Source: Calditrichia bacterium
GTDB taxonomy: Bacteria > Calditrichota > Calditrichia > JAJRVZ01
Length of the DNA stretch: 64,000 nucleotides
Reading direction: 5' to 3'
Assembly: GCA_963777955.1 (NCBI GenBank)
Contig: CAVZSQ010000022.1
Coordinates: 576,001-640,000 of the forward strand
The notes below the pieces were generated by a model. It was given only the letters and a program-made list of their open reading frames with translations, was not told where the DNA came from and searched no databases. A program made the position numbers and the translations under genes. This document shows positions 30,111-41,011 of this stretch, piece after piece. Each line of letters opens with the position of its first letter. The first letter of the stretch is position 1.

Positions 30111-31424
30111 ATGGAACCGGTAAAAATAATAATTATGGGTGCAGCCGGGCGTGATTTTCATAATTTTAATGTACATTTTCGGAAAAATAAATTGTACCGG
30201 GTCGTAGCTTTCACGGCCACCCAGATTCCGAATATCAATGACCGCAAGTACCCGGCCGAGCTGGCGGGTGAATTATATCCCAATGGTATTCCTATTTTTG
30301 ATGAGCGTGAATTAGTCAATCTGATTAAACAACATGATATAGATGAAGTGGTTTTCTGTTACAGTGATGTACCGTATGAGTATGTGATGAGCCGTTCGGC
30401 GATGGTCAACGCGGCCGGAGCCGATTTTAAATTTATGGGTCCAAAGCAGACCATGCTGAAAAGCCGCAAACCGGTGATAGCTATTTGCGCCGTACGCACC
30501 GGCAGCGGTAAAAGTCAGACTACCCGCCGGATCAGCGGTCTGTTGCGGAAAGCAGGCAAGAGGGTGGCTGCGGTACGGCACCCTATGCCTTACGGCGACC
30601 TGGTAGAACAAAAGGTACAGAAATTTTCCCGCCTGGAAGATCTGGATTTTTATAAATGCACCATCGAAGAACGGGAAGAATATGAACCGCACATCGTCAG
30701 CGGTACGACGGTCTTTGCCGGTGTGGATTATGAAGCCATTCTGCGTGAAGCCGAAAAGGAATCAGACTTTATTTTATGGGATGGCGGGAATAATGATCTG
30801 CCTTTTTATAAGCCGGATTTGCATGTGGTAGTGGTAGATCCGCACCGCCCCGGGGATGAATTATCTTATTATCCTGGTGAAACTAATCTGCGCATGGCCG
30901 ATGTGGTGATCATCAATAAAATAGATACGGCTGATCTGCAAAATATCCAGCAGGTGCGCGACAATATCCGCCTGGTTAATCCGGGAGCGATGATCATTGA
31001 CGCTGCTTCCCCTATCTTTGTAGAAAATTATGAAACCATTCGCGGCAAACGGGTACTGGTGGTCGAGGATGGACCGACACTGACCCATGGGGAAATGACC
31101 TATGGAGCCGGCGTGGTAGCAGCATGGAAATTCGGCGCCAGTGAATTAATTGATCCCCGTCCGTTTATCGTCGGTACAATTAAAGATACTTTCAAGCAGT
31201 ATCCCGATATCGGGACACTGTTACCGGCAATGGGTTACGGCAATAAACAGGTTCGTGATCTGGAAAAGACAATTAATAACTCCGATGCCGAGGTGGTGAT
31301 TATCGGTACCCCGATCGATTTGCGTAAGATCCTGAACATCAATAAACCGGCGGTACGGGTCTATTATGAATTAGAGGAAATTGGCAGACCAGACCTGAAT
31401 GATGCCTTGAAAAAATTAATATAA
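30111..31424 (+). CDS. arcE: COG2403 P-loop NTPase (cDPG synthetase-related); probable arginine synthetase ArcE
   Basis: IMGAAGRDFHNFN, VAFTATQIP, AVRTGSGKS P-loop, RHPMPYG, TIEEREEYE, WDGGNND, VEDGPTLTHG, LPAMGY; directly upstream of carbamate kinase. Confidence 0.75.
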   Translation: MEPVKIIIMGAAGRDFHNFNVHFRKNKLYRVVAFTATQIPNINDRKYPAELAGELYPNGIPIFDERELVNLIKQHDIDEVVFCYSDVPYEYVMSRSAMVNAAGADFKFMGPKQTMLKSRKPVIAICAVRTGSGKSQTTRRISGLLRKAGKRVAAVRHPMPYGDLVEQKVQKFSRLEDLDFYKCTIEEREEYEPHIVSGTTVFAGVDYEAILREAEKESDFILWDGGNNDLPFYKPDLHVVVVDPHRPGDELSYYPGETNLRMADVVIINKIDTADLQNIQQVRDNIRLVNPGAMIIDAASPIFVENYETIRGKRVLVVEDGPTLTHGEMTYGAGVVAAWKFGASELIDPRPFIVGTIKDTFKQYPDIGTLLPAMGYGNKQVRDLEKTINNSDAEVVIIGTPIDLRKILNINKPAVRVYYELEEIGRPDLNDALKKLI

Positions 31425-31464
31425 ATACATAAATTCAAATTTCAGGTATCCATGACGGAGTGAA

Positions 31465-32412
31465 ATGTCCAGTAAAACGGTGGTGGTGGCGCTTGGCGGT
31501 AATGCAATTAGCCGTGAATTTGAAGAAGGTAGTATTACCCAGCAATTTGCCAATACCCGCCGTAGCCTGACCAGTGTTGTTGAATTGATTGCCCGCGGTG
31601 ATCACGTCGTGATCAGCCATGGCAATGGACCGCAAGTTGGTAATGCTCTGCTGCGTGTTGAAGAAACCCGCCATCTGGTTCCGCCTCTGCCGCTGGGGGT
31701 TATCGTAGCCGATCTCGAAGGCGGGATGGGCTATATGATCGAACAGTGCCTGCAGAATAAATTAAACGAACGCCAGTTGTACAAACCGATCGTTACTATT
31801 GTCACCCAGGTATTGGTGGATAAAGACGATCCTTCAATTGCGAATCCCACTAAGTTTGTCGGTCCATTCTTTAAACAGGAACAAATCAAAGAACTGGAAA
31901 CCAAACGCGGCTGGACGGTCAAAGAAGACCCGGGTCGCGGCTACCGGCGGGTCGTACCTTCACCGATGCCCAGATCAATCATCTCCAAAGAAATTATTAA
32001 GAATCTGATAAATCAGGATGTAGTGGTTGTGGCAGCCGGCGGCGGCGGAATCCCGGTTTACCGGGAAGAATCCGGCTGGCTGGAAGGGGTGGACGGGGTA
32101 ATCGACAAAGATCTGGCCGCTGCCATCCTGGCGCATGATATCGATGCTGAGGAATTGTTTATTTTAACCGCAGTCGACAAAGTGGCTATCAATTATAAAA
32201 AAGCAGACCAACGCAATCTGGATCATCTGACTGTCAGCGAAGCTAAAATCCTGTTGCAGGCAGGGCACTTCCCCGGGGGTAGTATGGGGCCCAAGATCGA
32301 GGCAGCGATACTGTTCCTGGAACAAGGGGGCAAAAGGGTGGTTATTACTTCTATTGAAAATGCCGCCAGAGTAGTCACCTCCGGCGGCGGCACGGTGCTG
32401 ACCCTGAATTAG
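31465..32412 (+). CDS. arcC: Carbamate kinase
   Basis: VALGGNA, SHGNGPQVG, PTKFVG, RRVVPSP, GGGGIPV, VIDKD, GSMGPK. Confidence 0.97.
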   Translation: MSSKTVVVALGGNAISREFEEGSITQQFANTRRSLTSVVELIARGDHVVISHGNGPQVGNALLRVEETRHLVPPLPLGVIVADLEGGMGYMIEQCLQNKLNERQLYKPIVTIVTQVLVDKDDPSIANPTKFVGPFFKQEQIKELETKRGWTVKEDPGRGYRRVVPSPMPRSIISKEIIKNLINQDVVVVAAGGGGIPVYREESGWLEGVDGVIDKDLAAAILAHDIDAEELFILTAVDKVAINYKKADQRNLDHLTVSEAKILLQAGHFPGGSMGPKIEAAILFLEQGGKRVVITSIENAARVVTSGGGTVLTLN

Positions 32413-32428
32413 GTAAAAGTTACCAGAT

Positions 32429-33610
32429 ATGAAAATCCATGAATTTCAGGCCAAAGAGATCCTGCGCCGGTACGGGGTGGCGGTGCCGCGGGGCAAAGTT
32501 GCCTGGACCGTTGATGAAGCAGTCCGGAATGCCAGAGAATTGGCCAGTAAAGTTATTGTATTGAAAGCGCAGATCCATGCCGGCGGCCGCGGTAAAGGCG
32601 GTGGGGTCAAACTGGCTAAAAATTTGCATGAGGTAGAAGAAATTGCCAGTCAGATGCTCGGCATGCGTCTGGTCACTCACCAAACAGGTGCTGAAGGGCG
32701 GCTGGTAAAAAAATTACTGATTGAGGAAGGTCTGCCGATTGCCCGTGAATTATATCTCGGAATCGTGCTGGACCGCTCACTCTCACAACTGGTGGTTATG
32801 GCCAGTACAGCAGGGGGGGTCGAGATTGAAAAAGTTGCCGCTGAGACACCTGAGCAGATATTGAAAGTATGGATTGATCCGCTGCTGGGTTTTTCTCCTT
32901 TTCAGGCCAGGGAATTGGCTTTTGGTCTTGATTTACAGGGTCAGCAGGTCCAGAAAGCGGTTGAATTCATGATCCGCTTATACCGCGCGTTCATTGAAAG
33001 TGATGCCTCCCTGGCCGAAATAAATCCCCTGATCGTCACTACCGGCGGTGAAGTGCTGGCCCTGGATGCCAAGATTAATTTTGATGATAATGCCTTGTTC
33101 CGTCATCCTGAATATAAGGAGTTAAGGGATCTGGATGAGGAGGAGCCGTTAGAAGTCGAAGCATCGAAGTACAATCTTAATTATATCAAACTGGATGGAA
33201 ATGTCGGCTGCATGGTCAACGGAGCGGGTCTGGCCATGTCGACCATGGATATAATAAAACTGGCCGGAGGAGTACCGGCTAATTTTCTGGATGTCGGCGG
33301 GGGCGCCAGTCCGGAAACCGTGATGCATGGATTTCAGATAATCCTGGCCGATCCGAAAGTTGAAGCGATCCTGATCAACATTTTCGGAGGCATTGTCCGC
33401 TGCGACCGCGTGGCCCAGGGTGTGATCGATGCTGCCCGGAAAATAAAAATTAATATACCGGTCATTATCCGCCTGGAAGGAACTAATGCGCGCGAGGCCG
33501 CCGAACTATTGCAGCAGGCCAAAATGGATTTTATTGTAGCCAATTCGCTGCAGCAGGCGGCAGAAAAAGTGGTTGGTGTGTTGAATCAGGAAACAGGGAA
33601 GCGTCAATGA
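32429..33610 (+). CDS. sucC: Succinyl-CoA synthetase beta subunit
   Basis: [46 protein letters not shown]. Confidence 0.97.
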   Translation: MKIHEFQAKEILRRYGVAVPRGKVAWTVDEAVRNARELASKVIVLKAQIHAGGRGKGGGVKLAKNLHEVEEIASQMLGMRLVTHQTGAEGRLVKKLLIEEGLPIARELYLGIVLDRSLSQLVVMASTAGGVEIEKVAAETPEQILKVWIDPLLGFSPFQARELAFGLDLQGQQVQKAVEFMIRLYRAFIESDASLAEINPLIVTTGGEVLALDAKINFDDNALFRHPEYKELRDLDEEEPLEVEASKYNLNYIKLDGNVGCMVNGAGLAMSTMDIIKLAGGVPANFLDVGGGASPETVMHGFQIILADPKVEAILINIFGGIVRCDRVAQGVIDAARKIKINIPVIIRLEGTNAREAAELLQQAKMDFIVANSLQQAAEKVVGVLNQETGKRQ

Positions 33611-34479
33611 GTATTTTAATCGACCAGCACACCCGTGTACTTGTTCAGGGCATCACCGGTGCCGAAGGTACCTTTCATACAACACAGATGCTGGAGTATG
33701 GAACGAAGATTGTCGGAGGAGTCACGCCCGGTAAAGGGGGCCAGTCGTTTATGGGCAGCGTTCCTGTATTTAATACGGTGCACGAGGCGGTTAAACAGAC
33801 AGCTGCCGATGCCAGTGTTATTTTTGTTCCGGCTGCCTTTGCTGCCGATGCCATTCTGGAAGCGGCTCAGGCCGGACTGGCTGTAATCGTCTGCATCAGT
33901 GAAGGAATTCCGACCCTTGATATGCTGAAAGTCTATCCGTATGTGACCGGGAAAAATATCCATCTGATCGGCCCAAATTGTCCGGGTATCATTTCACCCG
34001 GTAAAGCCAAAATGGGTATCATGCCGGGATTTATTCATCAGCCCGGCCAGGTGGGAGTAATCAGCCGCTCGGGCACCTTAACTTATGAAGCGGTGGGACA
34101 ACTGACGGCCCTGGGCATTGGCCAGTCTACCTGCATCGGTATCGGCGGTGATCCGGTTATCGGTACACGTTTTATCGATGCCCTGGAATTATTTGCTGAA
34201 GATGAAGATACCAGGGCTGTGGTGATCATTGGCGAAATCGGCGGTACGGCGGAAGAAGAAGCAGCTGCCTGGATCGGGAAAAATTTTGACAAGCCGGTAG
34301 TCTGTTTTATTGCCGGCCAGACCGCTCCGGCCGGCAGGCGCATGGGTCATGCCGGAGCCATCATCAGCGGCGGGAAAGGTACTGCTGCTGAAAAAATGAA
34401 CGCCATGCGCGATGCCGGTATTCACGTTTGTGCGAGTCCGGCGGAAATCGGCAGGACGATGCAAAAAGTTTTATACTAA
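33607..34479 (+). CDS. sucD: Succinyl-CoA synthetase alpha subunit
   Basis: [32 protein letters not shown]. Confidence 0.97.
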   Translation: MSILIDQHTRVLVQGITGAEGTFHTTQMLEYGTKIVGGVTPGKGGQSFMGSVPVFNTVHEAVKQTAADASVIFVPAAFAADAILEAAQAGLAVIVCISEGIPTLDMLKVYPYVTGKNIHLIGPNCPGIISPGKAKMGIMPGFIHQPGQVGVISRSGTLTYEAVGQLTALGIGQSTCIGIGGDPVIGTRFIDALELFAEDEDTRAVVIIGEIGGTAEEEAAAWIGKNFDKPVVCFIAGQTAPAGRRMGHAGAIISGGKGTAAEKMNAMRDAGIHVCASPAEIGRTMQKVLY

Positions 34480-34491
34480 TTGGAGGATGGT

Positions 34492-34923
34492 GTGCTTGAA
34501 CGGACCCTGGCTATTCTGAAGCCCGATTGTGTACAAAAGAAATTAGTTGGTAAAGTGCTGGATCATCTGCTTGGCGAAGGATTCAGGATTGTTTCCATGA
34601 AAATGGTTAAATTAACTCCGGCGACGGCAGGCGAGTTTTATGCAGTACACCGGGATCGCCCCTTTTTTAAGAATCTGGTAAATTTTATGACCGAGTGTGA
34701 AATAGTTCCGCTGGTGCTGGAAAAGGAAAATGCGATCAATGAATTGCGCCGGGTGATCGGGGCCACCGATCCGTCGGAAGCCGCTGCGGGAACTATCCGT
34801 AAAATGTACGCGCAGAATAAACAGAATAATATTATCCATGCTTCGGACGGAGCGGAAACAGCAAAAACTGAAGTCGCCTTTTTTTTCTCGCTAAAAGAAC
34901 TTTTGGAAAATAAAATATTATGA
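34492..34923 (+). CDS. ndk: Nucleoside-diphosphate kinase
   Basis: ERTLAILKPD, FYAVH..RPFF, GATDP..A..GTIR, NIIHASD; GTG start after GGAGG. Confidence 0.96.
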   Translation: MLERTLAILKPDCVQKKLVGKVLDHLLGEGFRIVSMKMVKLTPATAGEFYAVHRDRPFFKNLVNFMTECEIVPLVLEKENAINELRRVIGATDPSEAAAGTIRKMYAQNKQNNIIHASDGAETAKTEVAFFFSLKELLENKIL

Positions 34924-34962
34924 ATAAATTATGAATAAATTTATCTAATCTCAGGAGAAGTC

Positions 34963-35892
34963 ATGCCAGATAAAAAAGAAGTAAAGAGTATAGGAATCCT
35001 GAGCCGGGATACATTGGAATCCGCCAATAAAGAACATGCCATCAAGAAAGTTGTGGTTCTGGGAGCCGGCACCATGGGTCAGGGAATCTCGCAACTGATT
35101 GCTTCCAAAGGTATGGATGTAATTCTAATCGAGAGGACCGATGCGCTGGCTCAGCAGGGCTTAAAAAAAATGGAAGCGGGGATGGATGCCGAAATTGCCC
35201 GCTGGACTATGACAGTCTCGGAGAAAAAAGCAATTCTTTCCCGCGTAACGGTTACCAGTGATATTAACATTGCGGCACAGGGCGACCTGGTCATTGAGGC
35301 GATCAATGAAAATTTGCTGATTAAACAGAATATTTTAAAAAAGATCGACACTATTTGTGACCGGGACGTGATCTTTGTAACCAACACTTCCACGCTGAGT
35401 ATAACTGAAATCGCTGCAGTAACTCAGCGCCAGGATAAAGTCATCGGTATGCATTTCCTTAATCCGGTGCCCAAAATTCCGGTGACGGAAATTGTGCGGG
35501 GATTGAAAACGTCGGATGAAACGGTTATACTGGCCAAGGCCTTTGCTGAAACGCTGGATAAAACGGCGGTCGAAGTATTTGAATATCCGGGTTATATTAC
35601 TACCCGGGTTATTGTACCGATGCTCAATGAAGCCATGTACATATTAATGGAAGGGGTGGCCTCGGCCGAAGATATCGATACGGCTATTAAACTTGGCTAT
35701 AATTTTTCCAAAGGACCTCTTTCCATTGCCGATATGATCGGCCTGGATGAGTTGATGGCCTGGATGGAAACATTGTTCAGAGAATTGGGCGAGGCCAAAT
35801 ACCGGCCCTGCCCGCTGCTGCGTAAACTGGTGCGTGCCGGACATCTGGGAGTAAAAACCGGCAAAGGTTTCTTTGATTATAAGAAGCATTAG
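34963..35892 (+). CDS. hbd: 3-hydroxybutyryl-CoA dehydrogenase
   Basis: [46 protein letters not shown]. Confidence 0.9.
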   Translation: MPDKKEVKSIGILSRDTLESANKEHAIKKVVVLGAGTMGQGISQLIASKGMDVILIERTDALAQQGLKKMEAGMDAEIARWTMTVSEKKAILSRVTVTSDINIAAQGDLVIEAINENLLIKQNILKKIDTICDRDVIFVTNTSTLSITEIAAVTQRQDKVIGMHFLNPVPKIPVTEIVRGLKTSDETVILAKAFAETLDKTAVEVFEYPGYITTRVIVPMLNEAMYILMEGVASAEDIDTAIKLGYNFSKGPLSIADMIGLDELMAWMETLFRELGEAKYRPCPLLRKLVRAGHLGVKTGKGFFDYKKH

Positions 35893-35943
35893 CAATAATT
35901 TTGTCATTTAGGAGCGACTTATCAACGAATTCGAGGCAGATTC

Positions 35944-37149
35944 ATGAAAATCTTAGTGTTGAACAGCGGGAGTTCATCGGTTAAATATCAGATGTTTGAT
36001 GTTGAACAGCAGTTCCTGTTGGCCAAGGGTCTGGTGGACCGCATCGGTATGGCCGGAGCCATGCTGACTCATAAACCGCATGACCGCGAGGAAGTGCGTC
36101 TCAGCGGTGAAATTCTCGATCACACGGTGGCCATTGAGTATGTTCTGAGTATTCTGCTCAGCAAAAATCATGGCGTAATAAAGGATAAAAATGAAATTGC
36201 AGCCGTCGGTCACCGCGTGGTACATGGCGGCGAGGCCTTCAGCGGTTCCATGCTGATTACACCGGAGGTAATCAAGGAGATCGCCCGCTGTATGGATTTT
36301 GCACCTTTGCATAATCCGGCCAATTTAAAGGGTATCCGGGCTATCCAGGAACTGCTGCCGAATGTTCCCCAGGTCAGCGTATTCGATACGGCTTTTCATC
36401 AAACCATGCCTGATTATGCCTACATTTATGGATTGCCGTATGTGCTGTATCAGCGGCATGGAATCCGGCGTTATGGTTTTCATGGCACCTCTCATTTGTA
36501 CGTGTCGGACCGCGCGGCGATCATGCTGCAGAAGCCCAAAGACCAGTTAAAAATCGTGACCTGCCATCTGGGTAACGGCTGTTCAATTGCCGCCATCAAG
36601 CACGGCAAGTCCATAGATACTTCCATGGGCTTTACTCCCTTGGAAGGTTTGTTGATGGGAACCCGCAGCGGCGATCTGGATCCGGCGGTGGTTTTACATG
36701 TCATGCAAAAAGAGGAATTGTCCATGCATGAAGCCAATACCATGCTCAATAAACACAGCGGTATACTGGGCTTGAGCGGGGTCAGCAGTGACATGCGTGA
36801 AATAGAAAAGTATTATGACAGTAATGACCGGGCGCGTTTAGCCCATCAGGTATTTTGTTACCGCCTGAAAAAATATATCGGTGCCTATGCCGCAGCAATG
36901 GGGGGGCTGGATACCGTGGTATTTACCGGTGGAATCGGGGAAAATTCCATTGTAGTACGCCGTGATTCGCTCAACAATATGCAATTTTATGGGATTGAAC
37001 TGGATGAAGCCAAGAATCAGGCTGCTGACAAAGGGGAACGGAACATCAGTTCGGCTAAATCAAAGGTGCAGGTACTGGTCATCCCGACCAACGAGGAACT
37101 GGTCATTGCTATAGATACCATGCGGATTGTCAAGGAACTTAAAAAATAG
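35944..37149 (+). CDS. ackA: Acetate kinase
   Basis: LVLNSGSSSVKY, GHRVVHGG, APLHNP, FDTAFH, RRYGFHGTSH, HLGNG, TGGIGEN, TNEE. Confidence 0.98.
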   Translation: MKILVLNSGSSSVKYQMFDVEQQFLLAKGLVDRIGMAGAMLTHKPHDREEVRLSGEILDHTVAIEYVLSILLSKNHGVIKDKNEIAAVGHRVVHGGEAFSGSMLITPEVIKEIARCMDFAPLHNPANLKGIRAIQELLPNVPQVSVFDTAFHQTMPDYAYIYGLPYVLYQRHGIRRYGFHGTSHLYVSDRAAIMLQKPKDQLKIVTCHLGNGCSIAAIKHGKSIDTSMGFTPLEGLLMGTRSGDLDPAVVLHVMQKEELSMHEANTMLNKHSGILGLSGVSSDMREIEKYYDSNDRARLAHQVFCYRLKKYIGAYAAAMGGLDTVVFTGGIGENSIVVRRDSLNNMQFYGIELDEAKNQAADKGERNISSAKSKVQVLVIPTNEELVIAIDTMRIVKELKK

Positions 37150-37220
37150 CATAAACCTGCGCTAAAAATTTCCCCGGGCATTGTTGATATTCGAAAATTC
37201 ATTGCTTATATTAATTGCTT

Positions 37221-37718
37221 ATGGAGAAAATTTTTATCCATGACCTCAGCGAGGGAATTCATGAATTTGATCTGGAAGTAAAAGCTGAGGAGATTGAATT
37301 ATGCAATAAAGAATTTTATCCGGATCCGCTTTCACTAAAAATTATGGTGGATAAAATTCATGATGTGTTCCGGCTTAAAATTGATATCCAAACCCGGGCT
37401 CGCTATATATGCGACCGTTGCCTGGATGAATATGATACTGAATTTGACGAAAAAATAGAACAGATATATCAACTCGGGCATAGCGAACTGGATGAAGATG
37501 AGGAGATCGTAATTTTACCCGAAGGCACCCGGGAAATTGATATCAGCAAAGCGATTCAGGATACTTTTTTTATGAGCCGGCCTTTGCAGTTACTGTGCAG
37601 GGAAGATTGCAAGGGTTTATGTGCTCAATGCGGCGCCAATTGGAATCACCAGAGTTGTTCCTGTACAACCCGGCAAATTGATCCCCGGTTGGAAAAACTG
37701 AAAATGTTAATAAAGTAG
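37221..37718 (+). CDS. yceD: DUF177/YceD family protein
   Basis: CDRCL, LCREDCKGLCAQCG, DPRL; upstream of rpmF. Confidence 0.92.
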   Translation: MEKIFIHDLSEGIHEFDLEVKAEEIELCNKEFYPDPLSLKIMVDKIHDVFRLKIDIQTRARYICDRCLDEYDTEFDEKIEQIYQLGHSELDEDEEIVILPEGTREIDISKAIQDTFFMSRPLQLLCREDCKGLCAQCGANWNHQSCSCTTRQIDPRLEKLKMLIK

Positions 37719-37726
37719 GAGCATAT

Positions 37727-37918
37727 ATGCCAAATCCAAAACGCAGAATCTCGCGCTCCAAGCGTGATAAACGACGGGCCAGCTGGTCTGCACGCTTAAA
37801 AGCGGAAAATTTGTCGCGTTGTGATCATTGTGGTGAAATGAAATTGCCGCATCATGTTTGTCCGCATTGCGGGTACTACAAGGGCAAAGCGATATACACA
37901 CCAAAAACAACAAGTTAA
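37727..37918 (+). CDS. rpmF: 50S ribosomal protein L32
   Basis: PKRRISRSKRDKRR, CxxC...HHVCPHCGYY. Confidence 0.97.
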   Translation: MPNPKRRISRSKRDKRRASWSARLKAENLSRCDHCGEMKLPHHVCPHCGYYKGKAIYTPKTTS

Positions 37919-37949
37919 CCACTGTTTCAATTATTCCGGAAGTCACTCC

Positions 37950-38963
37950 ATGCGTATTGCTTTAGATGCGATGGGTGGTGATTATGCCCCTCAGGCTCCT
38001 GTCGAAGGGGCTTATTTATATCAAAAGGAAACTGCTGCCCGCAACGAACTGGTGCTGATCGGCTCCCAGGAGAGAATCGAACAGGAATTTGCGCAGCACC
38101 ATGACTGGCAGGACCTGAAGATTAAAATCGTTCATACTGCTGAAGAGATCAGTATGAATGAATCACCAACCGAGGCTTTAAAGACCAAAAAGAACGCCTC
38201 CATGCTGGTAGGAATCGATCAGCACAAGCGTGGGGAGGTGGAGGCATTTGTCAGTGCCGGGAATACCGGTGCGCAAATGGCTGCCAGCCTGCTGTATCTG
38301 GGCCGGATTGAAGGGGTGCAGCGCCCGGCGATCGGATCGTTTATACCGAGCGAAACCGGTGTGGTATTCCTGATCGACGTCGGCGCCAATGCCGATTGTA
38401 AACCGGTGAACCTGATGCAGTTCGGTGTGATGGCCGGAATTTATGTTGATCACCTGTACAGTAATGCGAATTTACGTATCGGTTTACTGAATATCGGTGA
38501 GGAAGAAAAAAAAGGGAATGAATTATACCAGGCTGCGCATCAATTGATGAAACAAAATTTGCGCGGTTTCTGCGGAAATGTCGAAGGCAAGGATATCCTG
38601 AAGGGTAAGGTCGATATAGTCGTATGTGATGGATTCGTCGGCAACATCGTTTTAAAGTTCGCCGAGAGTGTAATGGGTGTACTGACCAAGGGCTTTAAAC
38701 GTGTTTTAGGCAGCAATCTGTTTATTAACCTGGGAGCGCTGCTGGTCAAGCCGGCCTTCCTGGAATTACGCCGGAACTACGATTACCAGGAATATGGCGG
38801 AGTGCCTTTACTGGGAGTAAACGGTATCTCGGTCATCTGTCATGGCCGTTCAACGTCGAAAGCAATTAAAAATGCCATCGCCGTGGCCGAACGGATGAGT
38901 TTGAAAAAAGTGAACGAACATATTGCCGATACATTCAAACACAGAGGAGATAACGAAGAGTGA
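37950..38963 (+). CDS. plsX: Phosphate acyltransferase PlsX
   Basis: IALDAMGGD, SAGNTGA, DVGAN, LNIGEE..KG, DGFVGN, ICHGRS. Confidence 0.97.
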   Translation: MRIALDAMGGDYAPQAPVEGAYLYQKETAARNELVLIGSQERIEQEFAQHHDWQDLKIKIVHTAEEISMNESPTEALKTKKNASMLVGIDQHKRGEVEAFVSAGNTGAQMAASLLYLGRIEGVQRPAIGSFIPSETGVVFLIDVGANADCKPVNLMQFGVMAGIYVDHLYSNANLRIGLLNIGEEEKKGNELYQAAHQLMKQNLRGFCGNVEGKDILKGKVDIVVCDGFVGNIVLKFAESVMGVLTKGFKRVLGSNLFINLGALLVKPAFLELRRNYDYQEYGGVPLLGVNGISVICHGRSTSKAIKNAIAVAERMSLKKVNEHIADTFKHRGDNEE

Positions 38964-39967
38964 AGAAACGTGCGTATATTTCTGCCATCAGTCACTGGGT
39001 CCCCGATAAAATATTGAGTAACGCTGACCTGGAAAAGATGGTCGATACCACCGATGAGTGGATCCGCACCAGAACCGGTATCAAAGAGCGCCGGATACTC
39101 GAGGGTGATAAAGCTTCCTCGGATATGGGGGCAGAAGCGGTAAAGAAAGTTTTAGCCCAACGGGGCATAAGCGCAGAAGAGCTCGATATTATTATCGTAG
39201 CCACCATTACTCCGGATATGTTTTTTCCCAGCACTGCCAATCTGATCCAGCAAAAAATCGGTGCCCGCAAGGCATTTTCTTTTGATATTTCGGCAGCCTG
39301 TTCGGGTTTTGTTTATGCTTTGTCCATTGGTGCCCAATTTATCGAAAACAACCGCTATGCCAAAGTGATGGTAGTGGGTGCGGATAAAATGACTTCGATT
39401 ACCAACTATAAGGACCGCAACACCTGTATTCTGTTTGGCGATGCAGCCGGTGCGGTGCTGCTGGAACCTGCCCCGGATGAACAGACCGGATTGCTGGATT
39501 ATATTATGTACGCCGATGGTGCCGGAGTGGATTATTTATATCTGAAAGCAGGGGGCAGCAAATATCCTGCTTCGATAGAAACCGTAGAAAATGAATGGCA
39601 TTATATATATCAGGATGGAAAAACAGTATTCAAATATGCCGTACAGGGGATGGCCGATGTTTCGCAAGAGATCCTGGAAAAAAATGGCCTGACCGGCAAT
39701 GATGTTACCTTGTTTGTTCCGCATCAGGCCAATTTGCGTATCATCGATGCAGCGGCAAAACGGATGGGACTGAGTCCGGAGAAAGTATGCATCAATATTG
39801 ACCGCTATGGCAACACCACGGCGGCTACCATACCGTTAGCGCTCTCCGAAGCGTATCAGCAAGGACGTTTAAAACAGGGGGATCTGGTAGTGCTGGCGAC
39901 TTTTGGCGCCGGATTCACCTGGGCCAGTTGCCTGGTACGCTGGGGATTAAATCCACCTAAAAAATGA
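38960..39967 (+). CDS. fabH: Beta-ketoacyl-ACP synthase III
   Basis: WIRTRTGI, AACSGF, PHQANLRII, GNTTAA, FGAGFTW. Confidence 0.97.
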   Translation: MKKRAYISAISHWVPDKILSNADLEKMVDTTDEWIRTRTGIKERRILEGDKASSDMGAEAVKKVLAQRGISAEELDIIIVATITPDMFFPSTANLIQQKIGARKAFSFDISAACSGFVYALSIGAQFIENNRYAKVMVVGADKMTSITNYKDRNTCILFGDAAGAVLLEPAPDEQTGLLDYIMYADGAGVDYLYLKAGGSKYPASIETVENEWHYIYQDGKTVFKYAVQGMADVSQEILEKNGLTGNDVTLFVPHQANLRIIDAAAKRMGLSPEKVCINIDRYGNTTAATIPLALSEAYQQGRLKQGDLVVLATFGAGFTWASCLVRWGLNPPKK

Positions 39968-41000
39968 AGAGGGACTTTATGCGTGCAGCAGGTATTCTTC
40001 TTCTGGCCGGATTGTTCATCAGTGCCTGTACCAAGTCGGCCATAATCGAAATTACCAAACCGGCGGAATATAATGTTTCTGACCTTAAACGGCTGGCAGT
40101 AGTCAATTTCACCGGTCCGGGCAATGTCGGTGACATCGTTGCCGATAAATTCACCAATCAACTGTGGGCTACGAATTATTTTTCAGTGCTGGAACGGAAA
40201 GAATTACAGAAAATACTGGAAGAACATGCCCTGCAGATGAGCGGTGTGGTTAATGATTCCACTATCGTGGAGTTTGGCAGGATTCTTGGTGTGGACGCAC
40301 TGGTTGTCGGTTCGGTCACGGCTTATCAGGTTGAGGATAAGAAGGGCAAAGAAAAAGTGAAGGAAAAGGTCTGGAAGGGAGAATACGAGAAAGACGAAAA
40401 AGGGAATTTTATTTACGAGAAGACCGCTTCAGGAAAAAGGAGCGAAAGAAAAAGTACCGTGAGGAGCTGGTCGATAAAGAATTTATCAACCGTGAAGCAG
40501 CCGTAGGGCTTTCCTTCCGGTTAGTCAGCGTCCAGACAGCAGAGATCAGAGCCAGTGGTGCGCAAACGGAGTCTTTTTCCAAGAAATATTATCCCCAGAG
40601 CGATAATATGCCTGCCAGAGAGGCTTTGCTGAGTGACCTGACCGACAGGACGATCAAGAAATTCATACCCACGATTTCGCCGTATAAGGTCACGGTCAGC
40701 AGGAAGTTCGAAAAGGGCAACGAAGCGGTGAATGCCGGGATTGGGATGGCCCAGAATAATCTGTGGGATAAAGCCACCTTCGTCTGGGAAAAGGAAATAG
40801 AGAAAGATCCACGCAATGCCCCGGCTTTTTATAATCTGGGTATTGCCTACGAAGTGGCCGGCGATTTAGACCGGGCGGAACAGGCTTTTGATACAGCCTT
40901 AAAAATAAAGAGCAAAGAAATGTATATGAGAGCCCTGGCCCAGATACGGCAGCGTAAAATTGAACAGGAAAAATTAAAACAGCAATTACGCCAGGAATAG
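39964..41000 (+). CDS. CsgG-like plus TPR lipoprotein (frameshift ~40440)
   Basis: Lipobox ISAC; RLAVVNF...VLERKELQKILEEH...GRILGVDALVVGSV; C-terminal AFYNLGIAYE TPR. Confidence 0.75.
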
Positions 41001-41011
41001 CAGAAATAAAA

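Noticed and set aside
30111..31424. Cyclic 2,3-diphosphoglycerate synthetase call
   Set aside because: No 2-phosphoglycerate kinase nearby; the arcC and pruA context favours arginine metabolism.
39964..41000. Curli secretion system
   Set aside because: No csgA/B/E/F-like genes in the window; the CsgG-like fold is widespread.
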